From Myxococcota bacterium (GTDB taxonomy: Bacteria > Myxococcota_A > UBA796 > SXON01), in the NCBI GenBank assembly GCA_040386535.1, contig JAZKFH010000030.1, positions 58,543-122,542 of the forward strand: a stretch of 64,000 bases of DNA, read 5' to 3'. How positions within the stretch are numbered: the first letter of the stretch is position 1; every line of letters begins with the position of its first letter. Positions 19,926-30,160 of this stretch are shown one piece after another. The position numbers and the translations under genes are program-made. The notes under the pieces are model-generated. The model made no database searches, was not told where the DNA came from, and saw only the letters and a program-made list of their open reading frames with translations.

Positions 19926-21026
19926 ATGTTGCTCCTCGTCCAATCCGCGCTGGCGGTGCCGTTCGCAGGTGTCACGGTGCACGGCTCGGTGCCGCTGACG
20001 GAGGACTACGTCGTGCCCGGCGCGTCGGTGGGCGCGTACGCGGGCGCCACGTTCCCCCGGATGGGGTTCGAGCTGCGCTCGGTCTGGGGCACGGGGGAGG
20101 GCACCTTCTCGTACAACCTCCAGACCCTCCGCATCGACGGCCTCCACCTGTTCCGCCCGGACGACCGGATCGATCCCTTCGTGCTCTACGGCGGCGGGTA
20201 CCGGTCCACGCGTTTCCCGACCACCGAGGACCGGTCGCAGGCCCTCCGCCTCGGCATCCTCGACACGCCGGCGCTCGTCGTGTTCGGGGAGGTGGGCGGC
20301 GGCGTGATTTTTCAGGTGGTCGGCCCGCTGCACGCGCGGCTCGACACCCGGGCGTGGGTCGGCATCGGCATGTACGGCTACCGGGATCGGGCCTTCGTGG
20401 GGCTCGACGCCTCGCTGGGCCTGGAGATCCGCCTCGGCAAGCGCGACCGTGATCGCGACGGCCTGATCGATCGCGACGACACCTGCCCCGACGACCCCGA
20501 GGACTACGACCGCCTCCTCGATCACGACGGTTGCCCCGACGACGACGTCGACAAGGACGGCATCGCGGACGTGAACGACGAGTGCCCGACGCGCCGCGAG
20601 AACGTGAACCAGTACCACGACGCCGACGGGTGCCCGGACATCTCCCCGGCGGCCGTCCAGGCCTTGCCCGCCCCCTTGCGCGCCTTCACGGGGACGATCG
20701 ACGGGATCGTCTTCGCCCACGACTCGGCCGAGATCCTCCCGGAGTCCGAGCCCGTGCTCGCGGCCGCCGCCGCGGTGCTCCGCGAATACCCCGACGTGCG
20801 CATCCTCATCCTGGGACACACGGACGCGGTCGCGGACGACGCCTACAACCTCACGTTGTCACGGGCCCGCGCGGAGGCGGTGGCAACGTGGATCGGCGCC
20901 CACGGCGTCGACCCGGCGCGCCTCACGGCCGACGGCCTCGGCGAGACCCGGCCCGTCGACTCGAACGAGACCGACGAGGGGCGCGCGCGCAACCGCCGCG
21001 TGGAGTTCGCGATCGTCTCGGAGTGA
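19926..21026 (+). CDS. OmpA family protein with thrombospondin type-3 repeats
   Basis: DRDRDGLIDRDDTCP repeats; GHTD...NLTLSRARA...NRRVEF. Confidence 0.92.
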   Translation: MLLLVQSALAVPFAGVTVHGSVPLTEDYVVPGASVGAYAGATFPRMGFELRSVWGTGEGTFSYNLQTLRIDGLHLFRPDDRIDPFVLYGGGYRSTRFPTTEDRSQALRLGILDTPALVVFGEVGGGVIFQVVGPLHARLDTRAWVGIGMYGYRDRAFVGLDASLGLEIRLGKRDRDRDGLIDRDDTCPDDPEDYDRLLDHDGCPDDDVDKDGIADVNDECPTRRENVNQYHDADGCPDISPAAVQALPAPLRAFTGTIDGIVFAHDSAEILPESEPVLAAAAAVLREYPDVRILILGHTDAVADDAYNLTLSRARAEAVATWIGAHGVDPARLTADGLGETRPVDSNETDEGRARNRRVEFAIVSE

Positions 21027-21048
21027 GCGGTGGTCGCGCCTCTCCCTG

Positions 21049-23412
21049 TCAGTGCGCGATCGTCACCTTTCCGAACACTGCCCGCCCGGGCCGCTGGATC
21101 CCGAAGACGTCGTACAGGCGCGCGTCCGTCAGGTTCTGCACCTCGAAGCTCGCGCTCAACCGCGTGTGCTTCAGTGGCACGACGTAGGTGAGCGCGGCCG
21201 TGTGCGAGAGTTGGTCGGGCACGGATTGTTTGTACGCGGCGAGGCCGACGCTCTCCCACCCACGGTAGAACGCGTGTACGTACCGGGTGTACCAATCCAG
21301 CGAGACCCGGTCCCCCTTCAGGAGCACGCGGGAGGCGCCCACCGAGGCGGCGGCGTTCCCGAGGAGCCACGGGCGGTTCGGGATCCGGTCGCCCGCGAAG
21401 TCGCCGAACGTCCCCTCCGCGGAGGTGTTGCGCAGGTCGATCCACGATCCGTTCACGTCGAGAGACACCCAGTCGCCCGGCGACGTCCAGCCGGCCGCCA
21501 CGTCGGTGCCCACCGACCGCGCGCCGTACACGTTGAAATATGCGAAGGTTCGGTCGTTGCCGAGGAGCACGATCAGATCGCTCGCCTCGCGCAGAAAACC
21601 GTTCGCGTCGAAGGCGAGCTCGCCGATCTTCGTGTCACCTTCCAACGTGACACCGACGTTGACGTTGTGACTCTCCTCGGGAACCAGCTCCAGGTTGTCG
21701 AGGGTGAGCACCGCGTCGCCGAAGATCTCCTCCGGCGTGGGCAGCCGGGTCGCATATTCGTAGCTGGCCTTGGCGTAGGCCCACGGGGCGAGATGGAGCC
21801 GGGTGCTCCCGCCGACCCCGAAGCGGATCGTGCTGCGGTCGACATCGCGGAAGTCGCCGCCCGGGAGGGGCTCCTCGCTCGCGACGAGCTGCGCGTAGCT
21901 CTTGCCGAACACGATCGCCTGAAGACGCTCGTCGAGCGCGTCGAGCTGGTACTCCACCCCGGACACCACCGCCGTCGTGTCGCGCTGGGAGGTGAGCGGA
22001 TCGCGGCCGTCGCCGTCGTCGAGCAGATCCTCGCCAGTCCGCGTGAAGAGGGTGGGGGCCACGGACACCGTGAGGCCGTGATGCGCGCTCGGGCGCCACC
22101 CGGCGATGAGGCGGCCGACCACCGCCTGGTCCCACACGACCTGGTCCGTTCCCGGCGATCCGATCTCGCCGGGCTGCGTGCGGTCGCGAACACACTCGCC
22201 GTACCAGTCGTACACGCAGGTACCGAGGTCCTGGTAGGCGATCTCGGTCCGCGTGTATCCGCCGAGGACGCTCAGGCGGAAGGCGCCGAACGCCTGGGCC
22301 CAGCGCGCCGTTCCACCGCCGGTCTGGATCGTGTAGACCGGCTCTCCGTACGGTACCGTCATCACCACGTTGTGCTGGATCTCGCGCTCGAGCGAGCTCC
22401 CGAAGCCACGTAGCTCGAACGTCTCCGCCCAGGACCGCTCGCGCACTCCCAACGTGAGCGTCCCTCCGCCCGCGCGGTACCCGTCGTGGAACCGGGTGAC
22501 GGTGGCGGCCGAGAGCCGGCCCACGTCATCGGGCACCTCGACCTCGATCGGGTAGTCGTTGAGCGTCGTGTCGAAATAGCCGGTGGCGCGAGCGTAGAGC
22601 CCCGTCCCGGCGTGGACGCCGTGGGCGGAGGCGGCGAGCCGGTGGGTGTGGAACGAGCCCGCCTCGTAGGCCACGCTGCCTCCGATGGGCGTCGCCGGCG
22701 CTTCGCTGACGAGGTTCACCGCGCCGCCGAGGGCGTCCGCGCCGAACCGCACGGGGACGACGCCGCGGTACACCTCCACCCGCTCCACCAGGTCGACCGG
22801 GACGTTGCTGATCCCGGACGTGAAGCCGGCGAGATCGAGCGGCACGTCATCGAGGAAGAACCGCACCTGGTCGTCGGTGAGCCCGTTGAGCGCGAACCGG
22901 GTGTCGGAGCCGAGCCCGCCCGAACGGCGGACGCTCACGCCCTGCGTGCGCGCGAGCACCTCGCCGAGGTCGGCCGACTGGCGCTGGGCGGCCTCCGTCT
23001 CCACGACCGTGACGGCCTGGGCGGAGCGCTCCATCCGCGCGGCTTCGTCGTAGCCGACAACCGCGAGGGTCTCCATCCCCTCCGGGTTGGCGACGAGCAC
23101 GGGGCGGAGGCGCAGGATCCCGCCCGCAGGTACGTCCACCGCCTGGTCGATGGGGAGGTAGAGGCGCCCGTGGACCATGAGCCGCCACGGACCGGCTGGC
23201 ACGCCCTCGGCCGAGAAGGCGCCGCCCGCGAGCGAGAGGGGGTGTTCGTCGACGCCGTTGCGGAGGGTGACGGCGAGGCCGGCGAGGGACGACCATTCGG
23301 CGCCGGACTCGTCCACGAACACGACCACGACGGACGCGGCGGCGGGGGCCACCTCGGTGGGTTCGGCCGCGTGGCTTTCGGGGGCGCACAGCAGCAGGAG
23401 CAGGAAGGACAT
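21049..23412 (-). CDS. TonB-dependent siderophore receptor (MxcH-like)
   Basis: Plug GVSVRRSGGLGS...ERVEVYRGVVPVRFGADALGGAVNLV; C-terminal NLTDARLYDVFGIQRPGR. Confidence 0.88.
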   Translation of the reverse strand: MSFLLLLLCAPESHAAEPTEVAPAAASVVVVFVDESGAEWSSLAGLAVTLRNGVDEHPLSLAGGAFSAEGVPAGPWRLMVHGRLYLPIDQAVDVPAGGILRLRPVLVANPEGMETLAVVGYDEAARMERSAQAVTVVETEAAQRQSADLGEVLARTQGVSVRRSGGLGSDTRFALNGLTDDQVRFFLDDVPLDLAGFTSGISNVPVDLVERVEVYRGVVPVRFGADALGGAVNLVSEAPATPIGGSVAYEAGSFHTHRLAASAHGVHAGTGLYARATGYFDTTLNDYPIEVEVPDDVGRLSAATVTRFHDGYRAGGGTLTLGVRERSWAETFELRGFGSSLEREIQHNVVMTVPYGEPVYTIQTGGGTARWAQAFGAFRLSVLGGYTRTEIAYQDLGTCVYDWYGECVRDRTQPGEIGSPGTDQVVWDQAVVGRLIAGWRPSAHHGLTVSVAPTLFTRTGEDLLDDGDGRDPLTSQRDTTAVVSGVEYQLDALDERLQAIVFGKSYAQLVASEEPLPGGDFRDVDRSTIRFGVGGSTRLHLAPWAYAKASYEYATRLPTPEEIFGDAVLTLDNLELVPEESHNVNVGVTLEGDTKIGELAFDANGFLREASDLIVLLGNDRTFAYFNVYGARSVGTDVAAGWTSPGDWVSLDVNGSWIDLRNTSAEGTFGDFAGDRIPNRPWLLGNAAASVGASRVLLKGDRVSLDWYTRYVHAFYRGWESVGLAAYKQSVPDQLSHTAALTYVVPLKHTRLSASFEVQNLTDARLYDVFGIQRPGRAVFGKVTIAH

Positions 23413-23457
23413 CGGGTTGACGGCTCTGGCTGCGCAGCATAACGCCGGCTCGGGATT

Positions 23458-23480
23458 TTGACTTTGAGTTTCACTTTCAA
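23458..23480. promoter_or_regulatory. Fur-box-like operator
   Basis: TTGACTTTGAGTTTCACTTTCAA is a dyad TTGA-N3-TGA-N3-TCA-N3-TCAA, AT-rich with hexamer periodicity, between divergent iron-uptake genes. Confidence 0.7.
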
Positions 23481-23547
23481 CTTCAACTTCACGCGCGACT
23501 TCGACCTCCCTCGAGGCGGAGCGCCCCCTCCGCGAAGGACGACGACG

Positions 23548-24768
23548 ATGTTTTCCAGCTCACCCGCCATCAAGGCCCTCCCGTTCCTCGCTCTCGCGGT
23601 CGCCTCGGTCCTCGCGACCGGGTGTGTGTCGACGACGGACGAGGACACCGTTCCCGGCGCCTCGGACGGCACGCTCTACCTGGCATCCACCTGGGTCTCG
23701 GACGTCGACTCCACGAACACCTACGTCTCGGTCTTCGACTCTCTCGAGATGGAGGAGCTCGATCTGTCGACCGCCATCGAGGTGCCCGGCTGGGCCGACG
23801 CCTGGGTGTTCGAGCAGTGGGTGTTCATCTCGGACGGCGAGTCCCCCGCGGTGAGCCGGTACTCGCTGGACGAGGAGGGCGCGCTGGTCCTCGACGCGAC
23901 CGTGAGCTTCGCGAACTACGGGGTGGCGAGCTCCGCGTTCTGGAACCAACAGATCCTGTCGCGCACCAAGGCGTTCCTCGCGAACGACGCGGCGCGCGAG
24001 TACGTCGTGTGGAACCCGGAGACGATGGAGATCACCGGCACCGTGCCCTGGCCCGCCGTGACGTTCGAGGAGGGCCTCCTTCCATACCACTCGTACACCG
24101 ACCGCGGCGGCGTCGTGGCGGGTGGGTACTTCTTCCACGGGATCTACGGCCACAACGACTACTGGGACTACTTCGGCGACACCTCGTACGTGGCGGTGTA
24201 CGACATCGTCACGGAGGAGCTGGTCACCACCATCGAGGTTCCCTGCCCGATGATGGACGTGGCGAGCCTCGGTGACGACGGCTTCCTCTACGTGAGCGGC
24301 TGGTCCTACATGCCGCTCAGCGTCGGGGCCGGCAACTCGGACACGAATTGTGCCGCGCGGATCGACACGACCACCCGCACCCTCGACGCGTCGTGGACCC
24401 TGGACTACCCCGGGGTCACCGGCGGCGACGAGGGCTCGGCCCTGCGCGCGGTGTCGGGCGATGCCGGCATCCTGGCGGTGTTCCACGGCTCGGGCGTGGC
24501 GGTCACGGAAGAGATGGACATGTGGGCCCTGGACGCGGGGGCCGACGATTGGGAGCTGTACGGGATCGACCTCGCCACCCGCGAAGTGGCGCCGACGGGC
24601 ATCAAGATGGGCGACGGCAGCTACTACGAGAGCCACGTCGACGACCGCTACTTCGTGTACCTCGGCAGCGGCACCGACACCCAGGTCTACGAGCGCACCG
24701 AGGGCGGCAGCTACGAATCGCGGTTCGTGGCGCCGGGTTGGATGTCCCGGTTGTTCCGTTTGCGGTGA
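23548..24768 (+). CDS. MxcI-like lipoprotein accessory to the siderophore receptor
   Basis: Lipobox ATGC; beta-propeller-like; WNPETMEITG motif; divergent from the receptor. Confidence 0.65.
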   Translation: MFSSSPAIKALPFLALAVASVLATGCVSTTDEDTVPGASDGTLYLASTWVSDVDSTNTYVSVFDSLEMEELDLSTAIEVPGWADAWVFEQWVFISDGESPAVSRYSLDEEGALVLDATVSFANYGVASSAFWNQQILSRTKAFLANDAAREYVVWNPETMEITGTVPWPAVTFEEGLLPYHSYTDRGGVVAGGYFFHGIYGHNDYWDYFGDTSYVAVYDIVTEELVTTIEVPCPMMDVASLGDDGFLYVSGWSYMPLSVGAGNSDTNCAARIDTTTRTLDASWTLDYPGVTGGDEGSALRAVSGDAGILAVFHGSGVAVTEEMDMWALDAGADDWELYGIDLATREVAPTGIKMGDGSYYESHVDDRYFVYLGSGTDTQVYERTEGGSYESRFVAPGWMSRLFRLR

Positions 24769-24777
24769 GCGGCGGCG

Positions 24778-26175
24778 CTAACGATTGGCCGGTCGAGCGC
24801 CGCCGACCGCGGACACCCAGGGGTCGTCGTCGGTGAAGAACCGCCCGTCGGGGCCCGCGGGCGCGCCGAGATCGCCGAAGTCCGGATCGACGTCGACGCA
24901 GCCCTGCGCGAGGGCCGCGAAGTCGCGGTCTCCGACGAGGTCCAGCCCGTGGACCGTGCACTTCCCCAACTCGAAACCCATCGGCGACCACGCGTCCAGG
25001 CCGACGGTCGCGTCCGCCAACACCACGTCGTCGATCGTGCCGTCGATCCCGCCGTCGCCGCCGGCTTCGATCGCCGCCTCGCGCGCGCCGACGATCGTGA
25101 GCCGCGACAGCGTCACGTCGGACCAGGCGTTGTTGGTCGCGTTCAGGTAGATGCCGGCCTCGTCGGCATCGAGGATCACGTTGTCCTCGAGGAGCAGCCC
25201 AGAGGCGCCGTGCCCCCAGTCGTCGGTGACGTGGATCCCGTTCGAGCGGGTCGCGAACACGAGGTTCCCGCGGACGTTCGCCGGGCTGGCGATCTCGATG
25301 CCCCACTTCGTCTTGAACACGACGTTGCGCGCGACCGTGACGCTGCCGATGCGGTCCTTGATGTTGATGCCGTCGGCCTGGGTCGACAACGGGTGGGCGC
25401 AGTCGTGCACGAGGTTGTTCTCGATGACCACGACCTCGTGCGCGTCGATGTCCTCGCCCTCGGCCCCCCCGATGTAGATGCACTCGCCGGCCTGGTCCCA
25501 GATGTGGTTGTTCCGCACCACGAACGAGGTGGACCGGTGGCCGGTCCGCGAGGTGTAGTCGAGGCTGACGGCCGGCGTCCCGCGGTTGTCGTGGACCAGG
25601 TTGTCCTCGAGCACGATGTCGTCGCCCGCTTGCCAGGCGATGCCCTTGTCCTTGCTTCCGGTCACGTCGAAGCCGCGGACTGTCATCCGGCTGCGCACCA
25701 CGCCCTCGAACCCGGTGCGGATGCCCGGGACGATGGCCCGGGCCCCGTCCGCGTCGACCCAACCATCCGAGGTCCTGCGGCTGCGGTGCCCGTCCAGCAC
25801 GATCCGGTTCGGGCCGAGGTCCGTGCGGCCGATGGCGAGGAAGTCCGGCCAGGTGTCGCCGGCGTCGAACACCACGAGCACATGTCCTATCGCGACGTCG
25901 TCGTCCAGCGTGGACCAGTCCGGGACGGCCCAGGGGTCGCCCTGGGATCCGTCGCCGCCGGAGGCGTCGGCGTCGACGAACCGGGTGACGGCAGGGGCGG
26001 GATCCTCGGTCGGCGGCGCGAACTCCAGGCACTGGCACGCGGTGCAGTCCGCGCCGTCGCAGAGGGTGACCCCGTGCCCGTCCGCGCACGTGCACGGCTC
26101 GGCTGGATTGGGCGGACCTCCACACCCCCCCGACAGGAGCACGAGCAGGGGAAGCCGGGATGGGAGTGAGCGCAT
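24778..26175 (-). CDS. right-handed parallel beta-helix lipoprotein
   Basis: Repeated ..ENNLVHD/..GECIYIG/..DGINIK motifs; lipobox SGGC. Confidence 0.75.
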   Translation of the reverse strand: MRSLPSRLPLLVLLSGGCGGPPNPAEPCTCADGHGVTLCDGADCTACQCLEFAPPTEDPAPAVTRFVDADASGGDGSQGDPWAVPDWSTLDDDVAIGHVLVVFDAGDTWPDFLAIGRTDLGPNRIVLDGHRSRRTSDGWVDADGARAIVPGIRTGFEGVVRSRMTVRGFDVTGSKDKGIAWQAGDDIVLEDNLVHDNRGTPAVSLDYTSRTGHRSTSFVVRNNHIWDQAGECIYIGGAEGEDIDAHEVVVIENNLVHDCAHPLSTQADGINIKDRIGSVTVARNVVFKTKWGIEIASPANVRGNLVFATRSNGIHVTDDWGHGASGLLLEDNVILDADEAGIYLNATNNAWSDVTLSRLTIVGAREAAIEAGGDGGIDGTIDDVVLADATVGLDAWSPMGFELGKCTVHGLDLVGDRDFAALAQGCVDVDPDFGDLGAPAGPDGRFFTDDDPWVSAVGGARPANR

Positions 26176-26341
26176 CCTGGCAGGGTACCCCCGGTCGCCG
26201 GCACTCCGCGTGCTCGGTGGTGGGCGACCGGCTTGAGAGATGGCTGTGAGGTTCGGCGTTGTCCGCGTGCCCGTATGGTCCGCGCTCCCCCCTCGTCCGG
26301 TGCCCCGACTCACACGCGCCAGCACACGGAGATACGACCCC

Positions 26342-27241
26342 ATGATGCGTGCCTACGTCCGGTTGCGGCTCCCCGATGGCTCCGCGTCCGAGCTCGGCCA
26401 CGGCGATCTCATCGGCCGCCTCTGGTCGGCCGCCCTGCCCATCTCGGACGCGCGCGTGTCCGAAGCCCACGCGATGGTGAGCCTCCGCGGCCAGGAGCTG
26501 CTGCTGCTGCCACTCCGGGGCCGCTTCGCGGTGGACGGGCAGCGCCAGTCCTCGCTCGTCCTCGCCGCGGGCCAACGGATCACCTTCGCCGACGGGCTGG
26601 ACCTCGTGGTCGAGGAGGTCTCCCTGCCCGCCGCGGTGTTCGCGGTCGAGGGGGATGGCCTTCCGCGCGTCGTCGTGAGCGGGGTGTGCAGCCTCCTGAC
26701 CCGACCCCGGCCCGAGCTGGTCCCGCGCCTCCTCCCCGACGCGCCGGCGCACCTCTGGGGAGACGGCGAAGGCTGGTGCCTCACGATGAACGGCGAGACC
26801 CGCCCCCTCCAGGTGGGAGACACGTGGGAGCTCGACGGGCGGCGCTTCCGCGCGGTGGGCTTGTCGCTCGACACGGCGCGCGGCACCGTGACCCGGCTCG
26901 ACGGGAGCGTGGCGCGGCCGCTGCGCGTCGTGGCGCAGTTCGACACGGTGCACATCCACAGCGAGGGCGGCGGCGCGCTCGCGCTCTCCGGGCTCGCCGC
27001 GCGGCTGATCAGCGAGGTGGTCGCGTTCGACGGGCCGGTGGCGTGGGAGGTGCTGGCGGGCGAGCTCTGGCCCGACGAGGACGACACGCACCTGCTCCGG
27101 CACAAGCTCGACGTGACGTTGTCGCGGCTTCGGTCCCGGCTGCGGGACGGCCGGGTGCGCCCCGATCTCGTCCGGTCCGACGGGTTCGGGAAGGTGGAGC
27201 TGTTCCTGCTCGACGGGGATGTCGTGGAGGACCGTACGTGA
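26342..27241 (+). CDS. FHA domain protein with C-terminal winged helix
   Basis: IGR...DARVSEAHA (FHA); LAGELWP...LDVTLSRLRSRL (OmpR-like wHTH). Confidence 0.75.
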   Translation: MMRAYVRLRLPDGSASELGHGDLIGRLWSAALPISDARVSEAHAMVSLRGQELLLLPLRGRFAVDGQRQSSLVLAAGQRITFADGLDLVVEEVSLPAAVFAVEGDGLPRVVVSGVCSLLTRPRPELVPRLLPDAPAHLWGDGEGWCLTMNGETRPLQVGDTWELDGRRFRAVGLSLDTARGTVTRLDGSVARPLRVVAQFDTVHIHSEGGGALALSGLAARLISEVVAFDGPVAWEVLAGELWPDEDDTHLLRHKLDVTLSRLRSRLRDGRVRPDLVRSDGFGKVELFLLDGDVVEDRT

Positions 27242-30105
27242 GAGACGACAGCGGGCCCGCGCCGAGCGACCCCGGGGAGAGCCCCAGGGGCGGCGAGGGC
27301 CCGGGGGCGGAGGGAGGCGGCCCCGAGGAAGGTGGCGCGCGCTACGAACGCCAGGGCCTGATCGGACGCGGCGGGATGGGCCGGGTGTACGCCGCGCGGG
27401 ACACCCGGCTGCGCCGACAGGTGGCGCTCAAGGTCGCCGCGACGCCCGAGCTGGCCGCTCGGCTCGCCCGCGAAGCCTGGATCACCGCCCAACTCGAGCA
27501 CCCGAGCATCGTCGCGGTGTACGACGCGGGCGAGACGGAGGGGCAGGCCTGGTACACGATGCGCCTCATCCGCGGGCGCACGCTCCGTGAGCGCCTCGCG
27601 GCGTGCCCGGACCTCGCCGCGCGGCTCGCGCTCCTCCCCCACCTCCACGCGGCGTGCCAGGCGGTCGCCTATGCGCACTCCATGGGGATCGTGCACCGGG
27701 ATCTGAAGCCGTCCAACCTCATGGTCGGCGAGTTCGGCGAGACGCAGGTGGCCGATTGGGGGCTCGCGACCCCGCTCGACGAGGCCCGCGTCGACTGGCA
27801 GCGGATCGTGAGCCCGGGGGAGGCCGCGGGGACGCCCCGGTACATGAGCCCGGAGCAGGCGAGCGGGGCGCCGGCGAGCCGTGCGGCGGACGTGTTCGGC
27901 CTCGGCGCGGCGCTCTACGAGGTCCTGTCCGGGCGCGCTCCGGGGGTGCCGCCGCTCGTGGACGCCCTGCCCGGCGATGTGCCGCGCGAGCTCGTCGCCA
28001 TCGCGCGGCGCTGCCTGGAGGTCGATCCCGCGGCGCGCTACCCGAGCGCAGGGGAGCTGGCCGACGACCTCGACCGGTGGCTCTCGGGCCGGCGGGTGCA
28101 CGCCCACGATTACCGCCCCATCGAGCTCCTGGGGCGGTTGGTGCGCGCGTGGCGGGTGCCGCTGGTGGTGGTGGGCGTCGCGCTGCTCGTGTTGGCCGTC
28201 GTCATCGCGGTCGCGGTGCAGCGCACCACGCGCGAGCGGTCCCTCGCCGAGGCGAACCTCGCCGTCGCGCTCACCCGCCAGGCGCTCGCGGCGCTCCTGG
28301 ACGAGCGGCTGCCCGAGGCGCACGTCCTGGCCGCGAACGCCCTCCGCTACGGGCCCTCGCCCGAGGCACGCGGGATCCTTGCCGGTACGCGCCACACGGC
28401 GGCCGAGCTGGCCTGGGACGTGCCGCTCCCGGAGCGGTGCCGGCACGTCGGCGTGGTCGCTCCCGACGCGTCCGCCCTCGCGTGCGCGGCGGACGGAAAG
28501 CTCGAGCTCTGGGGCATCGATCCCCTGGTGCAGCGGGTGTCGCTCGACCTGCACGTCGTGGAGGAGCCGGTGTGGGTGGGCAAGCGGCTCCTCGTCGCGA
28601 CGCCAGACGCATTGGTCTGGATCGACGACGGCGCCGTGCTGGCGACGACACCGGGCGCCGCGTGGTGGCCGCTCGCGTCGGGGGAGGTGGCGTTCGCGAC
28701 CCGCGGGCCCGCCGCGCGGCGGCTCCTTCCCGACGGCGGAGCGCTCGACTTCCCGATCTGCACGGCGACCCGCTCGACCACGCGGGTGGTGGACGGTGAG
28801 CTCGTCGTCGGTTGTGACGACGGGGTCCTACGCGTCTACGGAGCAGACGGCGCGCTCGGCCTCGTGCTCCCGCTGGGCGAGCGTCCGGCGTGGTCCGTCG
28901 TCGATCACGCCGAGGGCGGCCTGCTCGTGGGGAGGCTCGACGGCGGCGTCCAGACGCTGTCGCTGCCGGAGGGCCGCTGGAGCCGGCCCCTGGCGGGCCT
29001 CTCGCGGAGCGTCCGGGCGCTCCAGCCCATCCCGGGCACGGCGGGAGTGCTCGTGCTCGGTGAGCGCGGCGGCCCGCGCATCTGGAACACCGCCGCCGAG
29101 GGGTGGGCCGGCTCCCTCCCCGGCGGGGCGAGCCGGATGTTCCCGGGCCGGCAGGCGGGGGAGGTCCTGCTCCTCGGCGACTCGCTCCGGCTCTGGCGCG
29201 TGGCCGCGATGCCCAGGCCGGCGGTGTTGTCGTACGACACCGGCGTGTCCCAGGTGATCCCTTCGCCCTCGGGAGAGGCGATCACCGTGGCGCTCGGGAG
29301 CGGCGACATCATCGAGCGCAACCTCGCGGACGGCCGGGAGCTCCGCCGTTGGAGCTGGGTCGAGGGGGTCGCCAAGTGTGTCGCCTACGGCACCGACGGG
29401 CGCCTGATCGCCGGGGCGATGGGCGCCGCGGGCCGGGTGCTCGGACCGGGGGCGGAGGCGCGGCCGCTCGACCTCGGCAACATCCTGCGCCGCGCCGGCC
29501 GGCTCGCCGACGGGCGGGTGTGGGCGCTGTCCTACGGGCACGCCGCGCTGTTCGTGGCGCCGGAAACGGCCACCGTGACCGCGCAGGCGATCGGATCGGC
29601 GCCCTTCGACGGCTCCAGCAGCGCCAGCGGGGACACGGCGGCGCTCGTGGACACGCGCGGCGGGATCTGGCGGCTCGACGGCGCGACGTGGCGGGAGGTA
29701 CGCCGGCAGATCGATACCGTCGCGGTGGACATCGGAGACGGCGGCGCTCCGCTCGTCTTCGCGCGTCGACGGGAGGTGTGCGTCGAGGACCGCTGCACCG
29801 CGGTCGCCGACGACATCATGGACGTCGCGCTCTTCGGTCCCCACGTCGCCGTCGCGACGCTGTCGGGGGACATCGCGCTCCTCCGCGCGGACACCGGCGA
29901 GCAGTTGGCCCTGCTCCGGGGCCACACCGCGCGCGTGAGCTCGGTCGAGTTCGGCCCCGACGGGACGTGGCTGGTGAGCGGGAGCTGGGATGGGACGGCG
30001 CGCCTGTGGGACCTCGCGGGGCTCGACGAGCCGGCGGAGGCGCTGATCGCCCGGGGCGAGCGAGCGTGGGGGCTGGGGTTGGAGGAGGCGATGCGCGGGC
30101 GTTGA
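27238..30105 (+). CDS. membrane Ser/Thr protein kinase with WD40 repeats
   Basis: GRGGMGRVY, VALK, HRDLKPSN, DWG, GTPRYMSPEQ; TM; GHTARVSSVEF...SGSWDGTARLWD; GTG overlaps the upstream stop. Confidence 0.92.
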   Translation: MRDDSGPAPSDPGESPRGGEGPGAEGGGPEEGGARYERQGLIGRGGMGRVYAARDTRLRRQVALKVAATPELAARLAREAWITAQLEHPSIVAVYDAGETEGQAWYTMRLIRGRTLRERLAACPDLAARLALLPHLHAACQAVAYAHSMGIVHRDLKPSNLMVGEFGETQVADWGLATPLDEARVDWQRIVSPGEAAGTPRYMSPEQASGAPASRAADVFGLGAALYEVLSGRAPGVPPLVDALPGDVPRELVAIARRCLEVDPAARYPSAGELADDLDRWLSGRRVHAHDYRPIELLGRLVRAWRVPLVVVGVALLVLAVVIAVAVQRTTRERSLAEANLAVALTRQALAALLDERLPEAHVLAANALRYGPSPEARGILAGTRHTAAELAWDVPLPERCRHVGVVAPDASALACAADGKLELWGIDPLVQRVSLDLHVVEEPVWVGKRLLVATPDALVWIDDGAVLATTPGAAWWPLASGEVAFATRGPAARRLLPDGGALDFPICTATRSTTRVVDGELVVGCDDGVLRVYGADGALGLVLPLGERPAWSVVDHAEGGLLVGRLDGGVQTLSLPEGRWSRPLAGLSRSVRALQPIPGTAGVLVLGERGGPRIWNTAAEGWAGSLPGGASRMFPGRQAGEVLLLGDSLRLWRVAAMPRPAVLSYDTGVSQVIPSPSGEAITVALGSGDIIERNLADGRELRRWSWVEGVAKCVAYGTDGRLIAGAMGAAGRVLGPGAEARPLDLGNILRRAGRLADGRVWALSYGHAALFVAPETATVTAQAIGSAPFDGSSSASGDTAALVDTRGGIWRLDGATWREVRRQIDTVAVDIGDGGAPLVFARRREVCVEDRCTAVADDIMDVALFGPHVAVATLSGDIALLRADTGEQLALLRGHTARVSSVEFGPDGTWLVSGSWDGTARLWDLAGLDEPAEALIARGERAWGLGLEEAMRGR

Positions 30106-30124
30106 CTGTTTCTGTGGCTCGTGT

Positions 30125-30153
30125 GCTAACAGAAGCCCCTCCCGGCCCGTCTC
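30125..30153 (+). promoter_or_regulatory. ECF-type promoter (autoregulatory candidate)
   Basis: GCTAAC-N17-CGTCTC, 7 nt before the GTG start of the sigma gene; identical motif at 31642. Confidence 0.65.
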
Positions 30154-30160
30154 TCCCCGC

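Noticed and set aside
26233..27237. 1290-aa version of the kinase
   Set aside because: The first ~335 codons are an Arg/Pro-rich shadow of the FHA gene; GTG 27238 is preferred
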